Source of the DNA: Octopus sinensis
Lineage: Eukaryota
Direction of reading: 5' to 3'
NCBI RefSeq assembly: GCF_006345805.1
Contig: NC_043004.1
Location: 31,682,001 to 31,746,000, forward strand
Length of the DNA: 64,000 nucleotides
The position numbers and the translations under genes were made by a program. This document shows, piece by piece, positions 40,014-54,385 of this stretch. Below the pieces are notes generated by a model. It saw nothing but the letters and a program-made list of their open reading frames with translations, did no database searches and was not told the DNA's origin. Every line of letters begins with the position of its first letter. Position 1 is the stretch's first letter.

Positions 40014-43000
40014 CTGAAACAATGCAACATAGATTTTCAGTGAGTGTGACTAGATGTGTACTTGTTCATTTATGTGTGAGGATATACATATATTCATCAA
40101 ATTGTGTATCTATTGAGTTAGATGTACTTGTGTGTGTGTGTGTGACTATATATCTGTCATCATCATCGTTGTCGTTTAATGTCTGTTTTCCATGCTGGCA
40201 TGGGTTATATTTATGTATATTTGCCTGTTAGTGTAAAAGTTAATTTGTTTCTGAATGAATATATCTGTGTCTGTATCTGTCTTTATATTTTGCCTCTTCT
40301 TTTTAAATTTTGCAAACCCTTTATTCCTATTCTATATAAACTTACTTTGCTTTACCAATATATCTTTGAGAAAATACTTAAGCATTGAAGCCATTTTACT
40401 ATTGTCAAGTATTTATTTATTTAAAAAAATGTTATTCATTCACTCTTTCTTGTATTAAGCCTCTTTCTTTTAGTTATTGCCTTCTCAGATTCATAATTCA
40501 TGAACCAATCATTATAATTCATTCACTCCTTTCTCAAACATGTCCTTTTAACTATATCTCAAATACGCAGAAACAATATTTAGACATTTCCAGGAAGAAT
40601 AATACCTTTCCAAATGGACAAGTTTATCACTGAAAGACACTGACTTCATTAAACATTAAACAAATTAGATGATGAACCTACATCCTGTAAACTCTTTTCA
40701 GAAAGGAAACTTTAAGGATGAGTTATATAAGTTAGTTTAACGCATTATGTGTGGAGGGAAACAGTCTTTTCCACCAAGATCTACACAAGACCAAAGATAT
40801 ATAGAATTCTAAGGCGATTTATATTCGTTCAAATAAAACAGTTAATTATTGCCATCTTGATTTTTTTTTAAATCATACCATCCATTTATCTGTGATACAT
40901 TAACTAAAGATCACAAAAAACTAGACTAGAACTTAATATATCTGACAGAATCAACTACCAGAACATAAAAAGAACAACCAAACTACACGTTAAAAACCAT
41001 ACCTAACTCTTGGTTATAAATTGATGTCATAAAACTCATTTTAACAAAATCCCTTCTATTTGCCTGATTAACTCTTCTAAATATATTATTTGTCACCTTC
41101 ACAAGATTATATTAGACAGGATTTTCAAAACCTTCAACTGAAACTTTGGGAAAATATCCTGGCTATAATTCACTGTTTTAACTCTTTCCTTCATAAAAAC
41201 TGTATTACATTCTTTCAGTTTAATGTATATAAGCACTATATCTCAATTCAAGCTATGTATGCAATAAAATTATGGAATTTGTAAAATCTTTTTTCACATA
41301 TTTAACTGTCGAATAATGACATTATTTTATTAACTAAAATATCAGTAATTAACTAGAAAAACAGTAATTAACTTTGAGTATTTTCTTGGGGTTAGAAAAA
41401 CTTCTCAAATGCCTTTCAACATTAGCATAAGAGTTACTGATATAGCAGAAGTGATTGACCTTGCTGGTTTGTACTTATTTAACTAAATGAAAATGAAATT
41501 ATCTCTTATCACAACAGATTTATACAATGAATATGGTCTTCTCACACTTGCAAGTACAAACCCACAGTAAACATACAGAATAAGTATGATAACACAATAA
41601 GAACAGAACTACAGCACTTCTTTAAAAAAATATCTTACAATCTCTATTGAAACTAAACTGTTCTGTTGCAAATTCCCTTGATATGACCCTCAACCTTTAT
41701 AATGGTTTATATTACAGATATCACAAACCTAATAAATCTTAAAAACATCTGCTCAGACTTTCTAATTTTCCTAAATTAATAATTAAATCAAAAATATTTC
41801 AAATTTTAAAAATGAATTTTTAAAAGATGATTTTCACTGTTGTTACAAGGCTATAGTCAGCGTCTATTGTGAAAATCTTCAATATATTCCTAAAATTAAT
41901 AGAATAAAAAAAAGTAGAAACTGTTGGTATAAACTTCCTTTCAGTTTGTTTCTAGTCAAAATTTACCTTTTTTTATCCTAAAGAATAATTTCTCATTGAG
42001 CATTGATACAGCTGTATCCTGCTAATAATCCTACCACGTCATAAAAAAATATATAATAATATTGCTAAACTGTCTTATTCTCCTCCACCTAACTTTGCAC
42101 ATAACTTTGCATCTTCAAACTTGGTTAAATTGTATCCTGCTAATAATCCTACCACATCAAACTACAATTGTAAATGAATCTAATCAATGCCCACTCAGAT
42201 TTAATTGTTTAACTAAGTATGTCCTTCATAAGTGTAATGTTACCACTGTTAGTACTTTTAAAGTTTATATCAGCCCCACTAGTAATGCATTTAAAAATAA
42301 GTTTTATTTTCATGAATATTCATTTAGATATCCTAAACATTTTATCTATCTTTATGTTCTGAGTTCAAATTTTGCCAAGATCAACTTTTCCTTTCAGTGG
42401 TGTCAATGTAATCAACTTATCCTCCCCCCATGAAATCGCTAGCTCTAAGTCAAAATTTGAAATGAATATTAAATGGAATCTAGTGAAACATGCTCCTCCT
42501 TGCATTACTGACAAAAAGGTTTTCAATTTATCGCTTGATGAAGCCAAGCTAATACTATTTTCTAAAAACATTTTATTAAATAAACTCTCAGAATTATTAT
42601 GTCATGTTACTATAAAATTTATAAGGCTATCCTAAAATTCATACCTTTGCATACCAGTGAGGCTTTTTTTCCATAATAGTTTTGATTTTCTAATTTCTAC
42701 AGTATTATAATTATTATAAGTATTACATGCATTTACTTAAGTGTATTTTCTTATGTGTTAAACTTTTTGAGTGAATATTAGTTAATTTTTTTTTAATTAT
42801 ATTGATCTGCTTATTTATGTGAATAAATGCTGATGTAAGTTTGACTATAATAGTTGTTCTTTCTGTTATATATTTAATATAGTATTTGTTCATTCTATTT
42901 AAATTGTTTTTTTTAACTATGGCCTGTCTACCTCATGTCACGAGATTATATTTTTCTGAAATTCTCCTACATTATCTTCATTTCATTTTAGTTAACAGTG

Positions 43001-44079
43001 ACACCCACCCATTGGTCCAGCTTCCCCAATAGCATACCACTGTTAAGTCTGGAGTTACTTATTCATCTAGTAGGAGCTAACTTATAGTACAAGTAACCAC
43101 TATAAACAGCTGTCATATCACCATCTGCTGCCTATAGCCCACTTTTTAGCAGACCAGCTCAACCTAGAAATAATGTATTAAAAGCAATTTGAACTGTAGA
43201 CTGGATAATTATATTTTTCATTATTTCAATATATTTAATTGATATAAGAACTTAGAATGGGTGGGACATAAATACATTATGAATACATAGTTGATGTTTT
43301 ATAGAATAAGAAATAACATAATATTTCATTGAGATATATGAATAATGAGTAACATAACATGACAGTCATTGAGACATGAATCTGCCTTGGTAATTGAAGA
43401 ACATCTAAAAGAATTGAAGCACATCAAAATAGATAAACCAAATTACTATAACACTAATACATATCACTAAAGAAATAGATTGGATTGGGTGGAACATATG
43501 TAAATTATGTATTTATATAGAGTTATTGTTCTATAGAGAAATGAATTTAACATTCCTGAGACTGAGTAACCTTACATATCATCCTTTGGCATGTATAAGG
43601 TGTGTGGATTGACATTAAAATCACATTCATTTATAACTGACTTAGAGAGAAGATAGAAAAATCATTGACTTGTTAATTGCTAACCAGTATAAAGCAGTTA
43701 CCCTACTAGACCAGAAAATATCGAAGGCAAGGGGGACAAAGAATTTGGGATGTTTTCAATCTTAAATATTGAGACTGACCTCAAAGAAAGAAGAAATTAT
43801 AACAACAGATCAATGTAATGTAAATCAAAAGAGAAAAGGTAAATATTTGGAAAAGAAGCTGGTATAAAGGAGGAGAGTATAATCATAACAATTCACCAAC
43901 GTTAGGTCCAGAGACATTCCATTATCTGAACTGATTCTGTTAGAGAAAATCAAAGACATAATAATACATATAAACAGAGAAGAGTTTAACTATTGGGTGA
44001 ATGGTTGTCCAGTTGTAAACTAACACATTCAAGAAGCTTCATTATGAGATAAAAAATTCAAATCTAAATGTGTTGGGAA

Positions 44080-44225
44080 GCGCAGTTGTGGCCTGGTGAT
44101 TAGAGTGTTGGGCTCATGAACATAAAGTTGTAAGTTTGATTCCTGGAATGGGTAGCACACTATATCCTTGAGCAAAGCATTTCATTTCACGTTGCTCCAG
44201 TTTATTCAGCTTAAAATGAGTCATC
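44080..44225 (+). mobile_element. Diverged SINE family C head
   Basis: Similar to 49096-49344 (ccttgagcaaa...catttcacgttgctccag). Confidence 0.65.
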
Positions 44226-44806
44226 CCTCCAGCTGTCCCGTCCTGGATGTTCTACTGAGCCAAAGGTGAGAGGACTGTGAAGGAGTCTATGTCTTCTCAT
44301 GATTAGTAAGCACCTAAAACAATTAGCAAAATCATGGTATGCATTTCTTCAAATTATATCTTGTTTTAATTATTGTTTTACTGTGTTGTTATTTATTTCC
44401 ATGCAAATATGTGTGTTTGCTTTAAACCCTATCTAGGTTGATGGTTGAATCTGCATTTGTGGATGGAACTAATAGTTAGATTTCTTGCCACATTGTGTAT
44501 GCTAAAGATCTTAGACAATTAAGATGATTAGTCAGCTCATCATTAATGAAGAACAAAGAAATCTACAGGAATTGACATAAACAATGATGATAATAATGAT
44601 GACGATGACGGTGGTGGTGGTGGTGGTGATGGTGATGGTATTGGTGGCGGTAGTATTGGTGGTGGTGATGGTGGTGGTGATGGTGGTGGTGGTGGTAGCG
44701 GTGGTAGTGGTGGTGCTGGTGCTGGTGCTGGTTTTGGTGGTAATTAACAAAATAAGCTAATCTTCAGAAAAATTTTTTAAATGATTGAGAAAAAGATTAT
44801 ACATAC

Positions 44807-45130
44807 ATTTACCATCAAAAAACAACTCAAAGAAGCCATTCCAATCTCCATCATACTGATACAATAACTTAAGCTGAAATGTGTGATGGTAGGCAGAAAC
44901 AGTAACATCACGAGGGTTGCGTGTCATGAGAATCATTTTAGGTTTTTTGGTAAATATCTCTTTTGGTAAATGATGCAAGAACAGGTGGCTGTTTAGAACT
45001 CTGGGTGATGGAAGCTGGTCTAGTTGGTCTTGGTCCATCAGTTCCATCATTGCAACACTCTTGTGTTCTGGATTATATTCAGCAGAACCATTAACTAACA
45101 TTCCAGCAATTTCCCACATCCAATGACAAC
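44807..45130 (-). CDS. Sulfotransferase exon 2 (GCHW...RVLNSHL...RNPRDVTVSAYH...DGK)
   Basis: catag acceptor, gtatgt donor, 324 nt; catalytic His and 3'-phosphate-binding RNPxD...S motif. Confidence 0.94.
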
Positions 45131-45185
45131 CTATGTTGGAAAAATTGAAATCTCAAGAATAGAATGAAAACGCTAAATAATAATA

Positions 45186-45219
<34 letters not shown>

Positions 45220-45348
45220 CGACGACGACGATGACGACATGAATAATCATCATCATCATCACTTCAATTCATCTTAACTTTCAAGAAAATGGATTTTTTT
45301 CCAATGAAATTCTCTACAAATATACCTCAGACTATGTAGATTCCGAGG

Positions 45349-45469
45349 ACATGGGAATTTGGGGAGAAAACAATTGGGGGCTATTTTTGAGAACCGTTGA
45401 GAGCAAGTCGTCCATATTCATTTCACTTTCTCCGTTTTGAGCGTTTGTGCATCCGTAGATTTCTACTTA

Positions 45470-45514
<45 letters not shown>

Positions 45515-46745
45515 GTAATTAAAAAGTTCAAACAGGGAATCATTTCATTCAATATCATGTTTATTATAGAGATTATGCAACAAATTATACTTTACACTTC
45601 TATATTTAACTATGAGTATATTCCTTATTTTTGCTTCTGGTGTCTTCTGCTTTTCTATTAGAAACGTTTACCTGGGAATTTACTTAAAGTGTAAAAAAAT
45701 CGTACACAACAGATAAGTCGTCTTAATAGCATATTTTGATCTTTTCCTTTTGAACAACAGTTTTCAACACAATTTCTAGTTAACTAAACACTTTTAAACT
45801 TCGTATACTGGTAGAATGTGTCAAGATAAAACATTTTTTTCTCTTGGCTTTCTTGAGAAAATTGTAATTTCTAAGTTTAACGTAGTTTACTTTTTCGAAT
45901 TTTAACCAACCAATCGCCTCTTTTGAGCTAAAATCATTTGCTGCGTCTAAAACAGACAACATACTGTCACTAACCCTAACCCTAACCCTAACCCTAAATT
46001 TTAGCCTTTCGTTTTTTTTTCTTAATTGTTAAATTAATTTAAGGATAACAATTAAGAAAAAAAAAACGAAAGCAATGGAAAATAATTTTAATTTAACAAT
46101 TAAGAAAAAAAAAACGAAAGGCTAAAATGAAAGCAAAAACTCAAAACAAGAACAAAACAAATAATTTTAGACACACGCGTAACAATCAAATTAATTTAAC
46201 AATTAAGAAAAAAAAATGAAAGACTAAAATTTAGGGTTAGGGTTAGGGTTAGGGTGAGGGTTAGAGTTAGAGTTAGTGACAGGATGTTGTCTCAGTTTTA
46301 GACGCAGCAAATAATTTTAGCTAAATAGAGGCCATAGGGTTGCTTAAAACTTGAAAAATTAAACTACGTTAAACTTACAAATTACAATTTTCTCAAAAAA
46401 GCCAAGAGAAAAAAATGTTTTATTTTGACACATTCTACCAGTATACGAAGTTTAAAAGTGTTTAGTTAACTAGAAATTGTGTTGAAAACTGCAGTTCAAA
46501 AGGAAAAGGTCCGCATATTTCTGTGTACCAGACCTTTAGCTGTTATTTTTAGCATGAGTTTTCTGGTGAGGGCTTCCTTTGCTTTCATTGCCCATTTGTG
46601 GCTTCAGTAGAAATCTACTGATGCACAAATGCACAAAACGGAGAAAATGAAACAAATATGGATGACTTGTTCTGAAATACCCCCGAGTGGAGAATGGTTC
46701 TCAAAAATAACCCCCGATTGTTTTCCCCCAAAATTCCTATGTCCT
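45349..46745. mobile_element. Older inverted-repeat element (arms ~45349-45465 and ~46607-46745) enclosing the telomeric MITE
   Basis: ggacatgggaatttggggagaaaacaattggggg...gtagatttctac is the reverse complement of the right arm, about 80% by eye; termini and TSD not resolved. Confidence 0.6.
45737..46512. mobile_element. Fold-back MITE with 8-bp TSD and telomeric repeats in both arms
   Basis: TSD gcatattt at 45729-45736 and 46513-46520; terminal ~100 bp related to 1782-2761; (CCCTAA)n at 45970-45997 and (TTAGGG)n at 46231-46276. Confidence 0.88.
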
Positions 46746-46864
46746 ATTTCTGTGTCCCCACCCCCATCCAAAGTCGGTGGGTGGGGGGATAGAAATCTGT
46801 AGTTATGCCCTAAATTTTCCTAAGGCAATACTGGAGGATTAATGTGTATATAAGGGGAGGAAGG

Positions 46865-47760
46865 TGGACAAAACAGAAGACATGGAAAACTCAGAAACTT
46901 ACAACCAGATAATAGGGTTAAATTTCATTAAATTTACAATGGCATATAGTGAAAAAGGACAACCATTCTTGGATGTTCTCATACAATTATCCAATATCAG
47001 GATCACAAGTGACATATTCTATAAAAAATTTTTAAAAACTAATACACACCAATATTTAAATTTTAACTCATTTCATCAATCCATATTTAAAAAAATATGT
47101 CGTACAGCATGCTAAGATGCATATGCACAATTATGGCCAATCCTGAATGATGAAAAATGTGAACAGAAGTAGTGAGAGGCTTTCTAAAACTGCAAAATTA
47201 TACCCTGAAATTAATAGACAGCCGTAAGAAAAAAGCAAATGAATGAGGTGTATTTCAACTCGGGACATGAAAACAAAAATTTGAAGAGAATGTAGTCTTG
47301 TTTGTCCACAGGTATGACCCAAGAATGTCAAATATATTCACTTCTCTCAAAGTAAATCTCCCAATCCTGTTCCAGAGCACAAAAATAAAGGACTCAAAAG
47401 TCCAATCATCAACCAAAAGGCCTCAAGAAAAACCTGACAAGGGCAAAATTCACTTCAGGAAGTAACCAAGAATTTTCTGTACAAACTTGTGGAGATAGCA
47501 GATGTAGAATATGTAGTAATGAAAATTACAAGCACTTAGAAATTGGTGCTGAAATAGAATTAAAAAATGTTTGATCCCTCAAGATAAATGAAGACATGAT
47601 CTGCAAAACCGCAAACCTTATATATTGTATACACTGATGTGGTCGCAAAGAAAATCACATCAACCAGACCAGAAATTCTTTATGTAAAAGAGTGAGGGTA
47701 CTTAACAAATACACCATCCAAAAGTAGCAAAAATCCATCTCAGAGGTAACAATTAAACCC
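46865..47760 (+). pseudogene. Decayed Penelope-like RT thumb / GIY-YIG remnant
   Basis: FTMAYS...PFLDVLI...YLNFNSFH and CGDSRCRIC...NLIYCI peptides with stops. Confidence 0.75.
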
Positions 47761-48055
47761 ACATTAACACACATCTTTAACAATGCTTAGATGAAATATA
47801 AAAAATTAAATATATTAGAGACTTACTAAATATAGATAATGTGGATAAATTTAGTTTTGAATTTAGGCAGGGTTTGTTAGCATTTGAAAGGAAACCAAAG
47901 AAGAGAATATCAGTCTCAGTGAGATTGGGGTTTAAGAAGAGGAAGTATTAGAAAAGAGATAGAAGTGGTCTGAGAGCTGTGATAATAGAAATAATTGACT
48001 TAAGAAAGAAACATGTATGATTGTGAGATGTCCTTACTGATATAAGAATACCTAC

Positions 48056-48221
48056 CAGCTTTAAAATAGCCCAGAAGAAAAACATCATCATCTCTTACTG
48101 GCATATCCGGAAGTTTATCAAGATTTTCTTGAACATTTGGAAATGATGGCACCAAAAATCCATTGTAATCATAGCTGAGTAATTGACATCCAGCAGGATC
48201 TTTGTAGTAAACTTTAGGCAT
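48056..48221 (-). CDS. Sulfotransferase first coding exon (MPKVYYKDPAG...DDDVFLLGYFKAG)
   Basis: ATG at 48221, gtaggt donor; upstream acceptor at 48242 implies a 5' exon further right. Total CDS 870 nt = 289 aa. Confidence 0.9.
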
Positions 48222-49095
48222 GCCGTAACTCTGTGGAATCTCTGTGAAAATAAAATATTTCATGTGTATATATATATACATACACACGTATACTATATAT
48301 ATGAACGGCATAGTGACTGCTGTTATTGGAGGTGAGAAATATCACATCTGGTTTGTGCGCTCTGTAAAATGGACGAAACTTGTGTGGGTAAAGTTTACGT
48401 TAGCATAGTGGATAACTATTTTCCTCATACAAATGGGTTCTGTAAAATTTTTAAGTCACACTTTAGGAGTTGCTTTTAGTTATGCACCTAGAATAAATAT
48501 GTCAAGCTGAGAAAAAAATTATCTTTAAAAATCATCTTCATTTAGACATCTGCCTAAACTTCAGAAATGAAATTTTTAGTCCATGCCCATGTGAGAAGGT
48601 ACATGTTGGCTTACTTACAGGTCCCACCATGATTATAAACACTCAGATCACCGTCACATCCCGAGATGTGTCTGCATGTGAACACAGATACACATATGTA
48701 CTCAAACATCGAGTTAAAACTCCTGACACTTGCTCTTTTCCTCCAGACAAAAACCCCTACATAGATACCAACACAAGCACCCCTTATGCATATATTTTCT
48801 GACCAGATACTTGCTGCACAACAATTTGGTTAGATTTTTTTTTAAGGGGGCGAAGGGACATAATGATTGGTAAATCCTTCACTTATTTGTCTCGTTTCTT
48901 CTTTTTCACAATGCCCACAAACCAGATAAGACACTTCCTCTCACCTCAAATAACAGAGAACAGTTACCATACATTTTTTCCAGATTGACCAGCCCTGAAG
49001 AGTGTCACATTATCTAAAATCCAATATGAAACTGATTGGTAAAATTAGCTGTAATGGTCCTACAGTACGATATACTTCAATTAATATACCCCTCT

Positions 49096-49344
49096 GTGGA
49101 AGCACGTGGCTTAGTGGTTAGGGTGTCAGCACCATAATCGTAAGATTGCGGTTTCGATTCCTGGACCGGGCGACGCGTTGTGGTCTTGAGCAAAACACTT
49201 CATTTCACGTTGCTCCAGTCCACACAGCAGGCAAAAATGAGTAACGCTGCGATGGACTGGCGTCCCGTCCAGCTGGGGAACACATACGCCATAAAAACCA
49301 GGAAACCGGGCCCATGAGCCTGATTAGGCTTTAAAAGGGCACAT
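49096..49344 (+). mobile_element. tRNA-derived SINE family C (MetaSINE-like body) with 15-bp TSD
   Basis: A/B boxes; gctgcgatggactggcgtcccgtccag body; TSD ttaatatacccctct at 49081-49095 and 49345-49359. Confidence 0.85.
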
Positions 49345-49426
49345 TTAATATACCCCTCTATAGACAAATATATGAGCACCTATTTTCACTGACTTACAGA
49401 TTCTTAATCGAATATATGTATATAAG

Positions 49427-49590
49427 TGCAGGAGTGGCTGTGTAGTAAGTAGCTTGGTTACCAACCACATGGTTCCAGGTTCAGTCCCACTACGTGGCAC
49501 CTTGGGCAAGTGTCTTCTACTATAGCCTTGGATAGACCAAAGCCTTATGAGTGGATTTGGTAGACGAAAACTGGAAGAAGCCCGTTGTCT
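49427..49590 (+). mobile_element. SINE family A head
   Basis: Homologous to 1191-1345. Confidence 0.85.
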
Positions 49591-50149
49591 GTATATGTAT
49601 GTATGTATCTCTTATGATAAAAGGCAGATTTTATCTGCCTCCCAAACCGTTCGTTTTTTATACATTTGTACAATATAGAATTTCTTCAATTGGAATTTAC
49701 CTATCATTTTTCCAAGTAGATTCCATCGGGTCATGGCATGTAAAGTTTTTTCAATTTCACCCCCAATTAAGCAAAAATTCGAGGAAAGTAAATATTTTAC
49801 GATTTCCCTCTTTCATTTCAAGTGCTTCACTCCTACCATTACCACTACACTTTGTCCTCCTTTCTCTTTGCAAGTGTGCAACAATTAAAGTGAAAGTATT
49901 TATATAAAAGGAATGAGCAATTAATACTGGTCATCCTTTTTGCTAGAAGAAGATCCGCTGTGGTCTTATATGCTACACCACTGGTTTTCAATTCATATTA
50001 ATCAAATTAATATTCAATTTTTCACCCTTATTATGTGTGTGTGTATTAGCAATTCGTATAAAATTGCATCAATGACTTGAACTTGAATAAGTGGTTTCAC
50101 ATAAATGGGGATACATTAAAAAGGTTTGTTGTTATTATTATTACTGTTT

Positions 50150-50460
50150 GACTATTGTAATCACGTTTGTTAGTTCCTCGTCAGGGAAACGTTGTTGTGT
50201 TGCATTTGTTAAATAATTGTAAATCGTAACCCTCCCCCTTTCGGAGAAGGGGCTTTGGTTATTGTTTTAAAATTGAATTGTGTCCCTGTTTGGGGAAATT
50301 GACAATATTTTTACCGTCTTTACGGAAGCATTTTTGTTAAAATGCCTTCGATAGAAGAAAGTCCAAAAATGAATTTCGCTGCAGCCGTACACTTCTATAC
50401 AAGAGGGAGGACAAGATCCAATTGATCGAAATTGCAAGAGACGGGCCTGCAATTCCAGTC
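50150..50460 (-). pseudogene. Possible decayed PLE 3' end
   Basis: Weak peptide similarity (GCSEIHFWTFFY...NAS) to the GIY-YIG C-terminus, followed by CTGACGA. Confidence 0.3.
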
Positions 50461-50532
50461 TGTTATATATTTTGAGTATTGTTATCACTAGCGATATGAA
50501 GATATAACTTTCTATTTTGTATTTTATGTGTA

Positions 50533-50582
<50 letters not shown>

Positions 50583-50709
50583 TGTACATGTAATATGTAC
50601 ACATATATATATACACATATATACATGCATAATATATCTACCCATACACACACACGTACACACACACACACACACACATACATAGGGGCAGGTGTGGCTG
50701 TGTGGTAAC

Positions 50710-52032
50710 AAACTACGTTCGAAGATACTGAACTTGATATGGGCGGTAGTGCCTTGCCGGTCTATGGCCTACCTTCAACAAACCGGGAAGGCACAAACAC
50801 TCTGTCTTCACATTTGCTGCGTGAGACATGTTTTAATGTTGACGAGCTTGCCGAGTACATAGCCGACAATGAGCCAAAGCTCCTTCCAGAACAGAAGTTC
50901 GCTTACAACTCCGTTGTTAATTCAGTCCGGGCCAAAGCTGTGGGGATATTTTTCCTGGACGCTCCTGGGGGCACTAGGAAAACTTTTCTCAACAAATTAA
51001 TATTGGCTGAGATTGGGCGAACACAAGGCATTGCCCTAGCTGTGGCATCATCTGGAATTGCGGCTACTTTGTTGCCAGGCGGCAGGGCAGCTCACTCCAC
51101 TTTCAAGCTTCCGCTTGACTTAGCGAAGACTGAGACACCAACTTGCAACATCAGTAACAGCTCCGATCAGGCAGAAGTCTTCAGACGATGCAAGCTTATC
51201 GTTTGTGATGAATGCACGATGGCCCACAGAGGTGCTCTTGAGGCACTAGATAGATCTCTTAGAGACATCAAACACTCTTCAGCTCCCATGGGAGGCATAA
51301 CACTTCTTCTTTCAGGGGACTTCCGACAAACACTTCCCGTTATTCCCAAAGGGACTAGAACTGATGCAGTAAGTGCGTGTCTTAAGTCATCCACATTGTG
51401 GCCACTGATGAAGACTCTCAAACTTCACATCAATATGCGTGCTCATACGCGACGTAATATCACATCAGCAGCATTTTCTCACACCCTCCTTGCACTTGGC
51501 GAAGGCAAAATACCAGGGGATGAAAATGGTAATATTGCCATCGATTCCATTTGTACCATTGTTAAAACGCCTTCTGATCTCAGAGATGCAGTGTTCCCAG
51601 ATCTACAAGCTAATTATCAGAATATGGATTGGATTGGCCAAAGGGCTATTCTGGCCCCGAAGAATAAAACTGTTCACCATATTAATGATGAAATGCTAAA
51701 TCTCATTCCTGGGGATGTCTATGTATATAAGTCTATCGATACAACTCCTGACCCAGAGGACGTCATCAACTATCCAATAGAGGTACTCAATTCCTTTTAG
51801 CCCCCCGGACTACCACCACACATTCTCAAACTTAAAGTTGATGCCCCTATAATGCTCATTAGAAATTTGGTTCCCCCAAAACAATGCAATGGCACACGTT
51901 TGATCGTTAAGTCCTTATCTCCCACCGTAAACTTATATCAATATTTGCCTGAATAATCATCATAATTCAATGCAATCATTAACAGTACTTTCAAGCAATT
52001 CAGCCCCGAGCATCGCCGAACAATTCTGCTAG
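50710..52032 (+). mobile_element. Internally deleted Helitron: PIF1-type helicase fragment plus hairpin-CTAG 3' end
   Basis: LDAPGGTRKT (damaged Walker A), ASSGIAATLL, DECTM, GDFRQTLPV, ILAPKN, stop at 51798 then PPGLPPH...CNGTRL; degenerate ccccgagcatcgccg hairpin, CTAG at 52029-52032, then T. Confidence 0.88.
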
Positions 52033-52111
<79 letters not shown>

Positions 52112-52115
<4 letters not shown>

Positions 52116-52295
52116 GTGTTTGTCCCCCACCATCGCTTGACAACTAATGTTGGTGTGTCTACGTCCCCGTAACCTAGCGGTTCGGCAAAAGAGACCGATA
52201 GAATAAGCACAGGATTACAAAGAATAAGTCCCGGGGTCGATCTGTTCGACTAAAGGCGGTGCTCCAGCATGGCCGCAATCAAATTCCTGAAACAA
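52112..52295 (+). mobile_element. SINE family A 3' half
   Basis: Homologous to 1395-1590. Confidence 0.85.
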
Positions 52296-52303
52296 ATAAA
52301 GGA

Positions 52304-52351
<48 letters not shown>

Positions 52352-52460
52352 TTCCATATATATTCGTGTTTGTGTGCTGACAAGTGCGTAGATATGCATG
52401 TTAGAGAATACATACATACATACATACATACAAGTTGTTTGAGACAGACAAGCAAAAGTA

Positions 52461-52706
52461 GGTACTACTTAAGAACAGTGGTCCCGGTGCGCGCACTCGC
52501 GTACTCGCGCATCTGCGCTAGCTAGTCATGACTAGTCGATCCTTACTTTGTGTTTTTGTTTTATTTACTTTGTGTAAAAAAAATTATTTATTTTGTGTTT
52601 TATTTACTTTGCTGGGTAGTCGTTGTAGGATCGACTAATCATGACTAGCTAGCGCGGATGCGCGAGTACGCGAGTGCGCGCACCGGGACCACTGTTAAGT
52701 AGTGCC
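52461..52706. mobile_element. CpG-rich MITE, ~80-bp TIRs, GG termini, 9-bp TSD (Mutator- or Merlin-like)
   Basis: TSD gcaaaagta at 52452-52460 and 52707-52715; arms nearly perfect. Confidence 0.88.
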
Positions 52707-53275
52707 GCAAAAGTACGTGGTGCCATGATTTGACCTATATATAAATGTCAGTATGTGTGTATGTGCACATGTCTGTATACATATGTGAAAGTGTATACAT
52801 TCATATATACATATACATAAGACATACATACATACATACATACATTACATATGGTATACCTACACAAGTGTGTCCCCTGACTTGATTTCCTAATAACTTT
52901 GTTGTGAAAATTTTTTTGGAGGGAGCAGAGAGAAGATTTGGATAATTAACTTGACCCAACTTTTTCTCCTCATAACTTTCAGAAAATGCAATTTTCTGCT
53001 AATTCATTTCAAATGATGTAGCTTACAATTATATCGAAATTTGATGCAAAAAAAAAAAAAATTGGTGGGCGTAAATACTTAGTGATACGCACCATACTTT
53101 GGTCAACAAGATAAACTTGAAATTTTGTAAAAATTATATGATGTCTGGTCAAAATGTACGTATGCGTGCTCACGTTTCCTTTTCTCACATAACTGTAATC
53201 TACACCATCTAAAAGATATTTGTAGAAAATTTCATTCAAAATGCCCAAATTCAGTGGGCGGTGAGGTGACACACT

Positions 53276-54385
<1,110 letters not shown>

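Noticed and set aside
50160-50196. Hammerhead candidate CTGACGA on the minus strand
   Set aside because: No closing stem II and no GAAA; at most a decayed remnant.
50739-51800. Host PIF1 helicase gene
   Set aside because: Intronless fragment with a damaged Walker A, an in-frame stop and a Helitron 3' terminus.
52867-53275. Possible DNA transposon with agtgtgtc ends
   Set aside because: The inverted match is only ~11 bp and no TSD was found.
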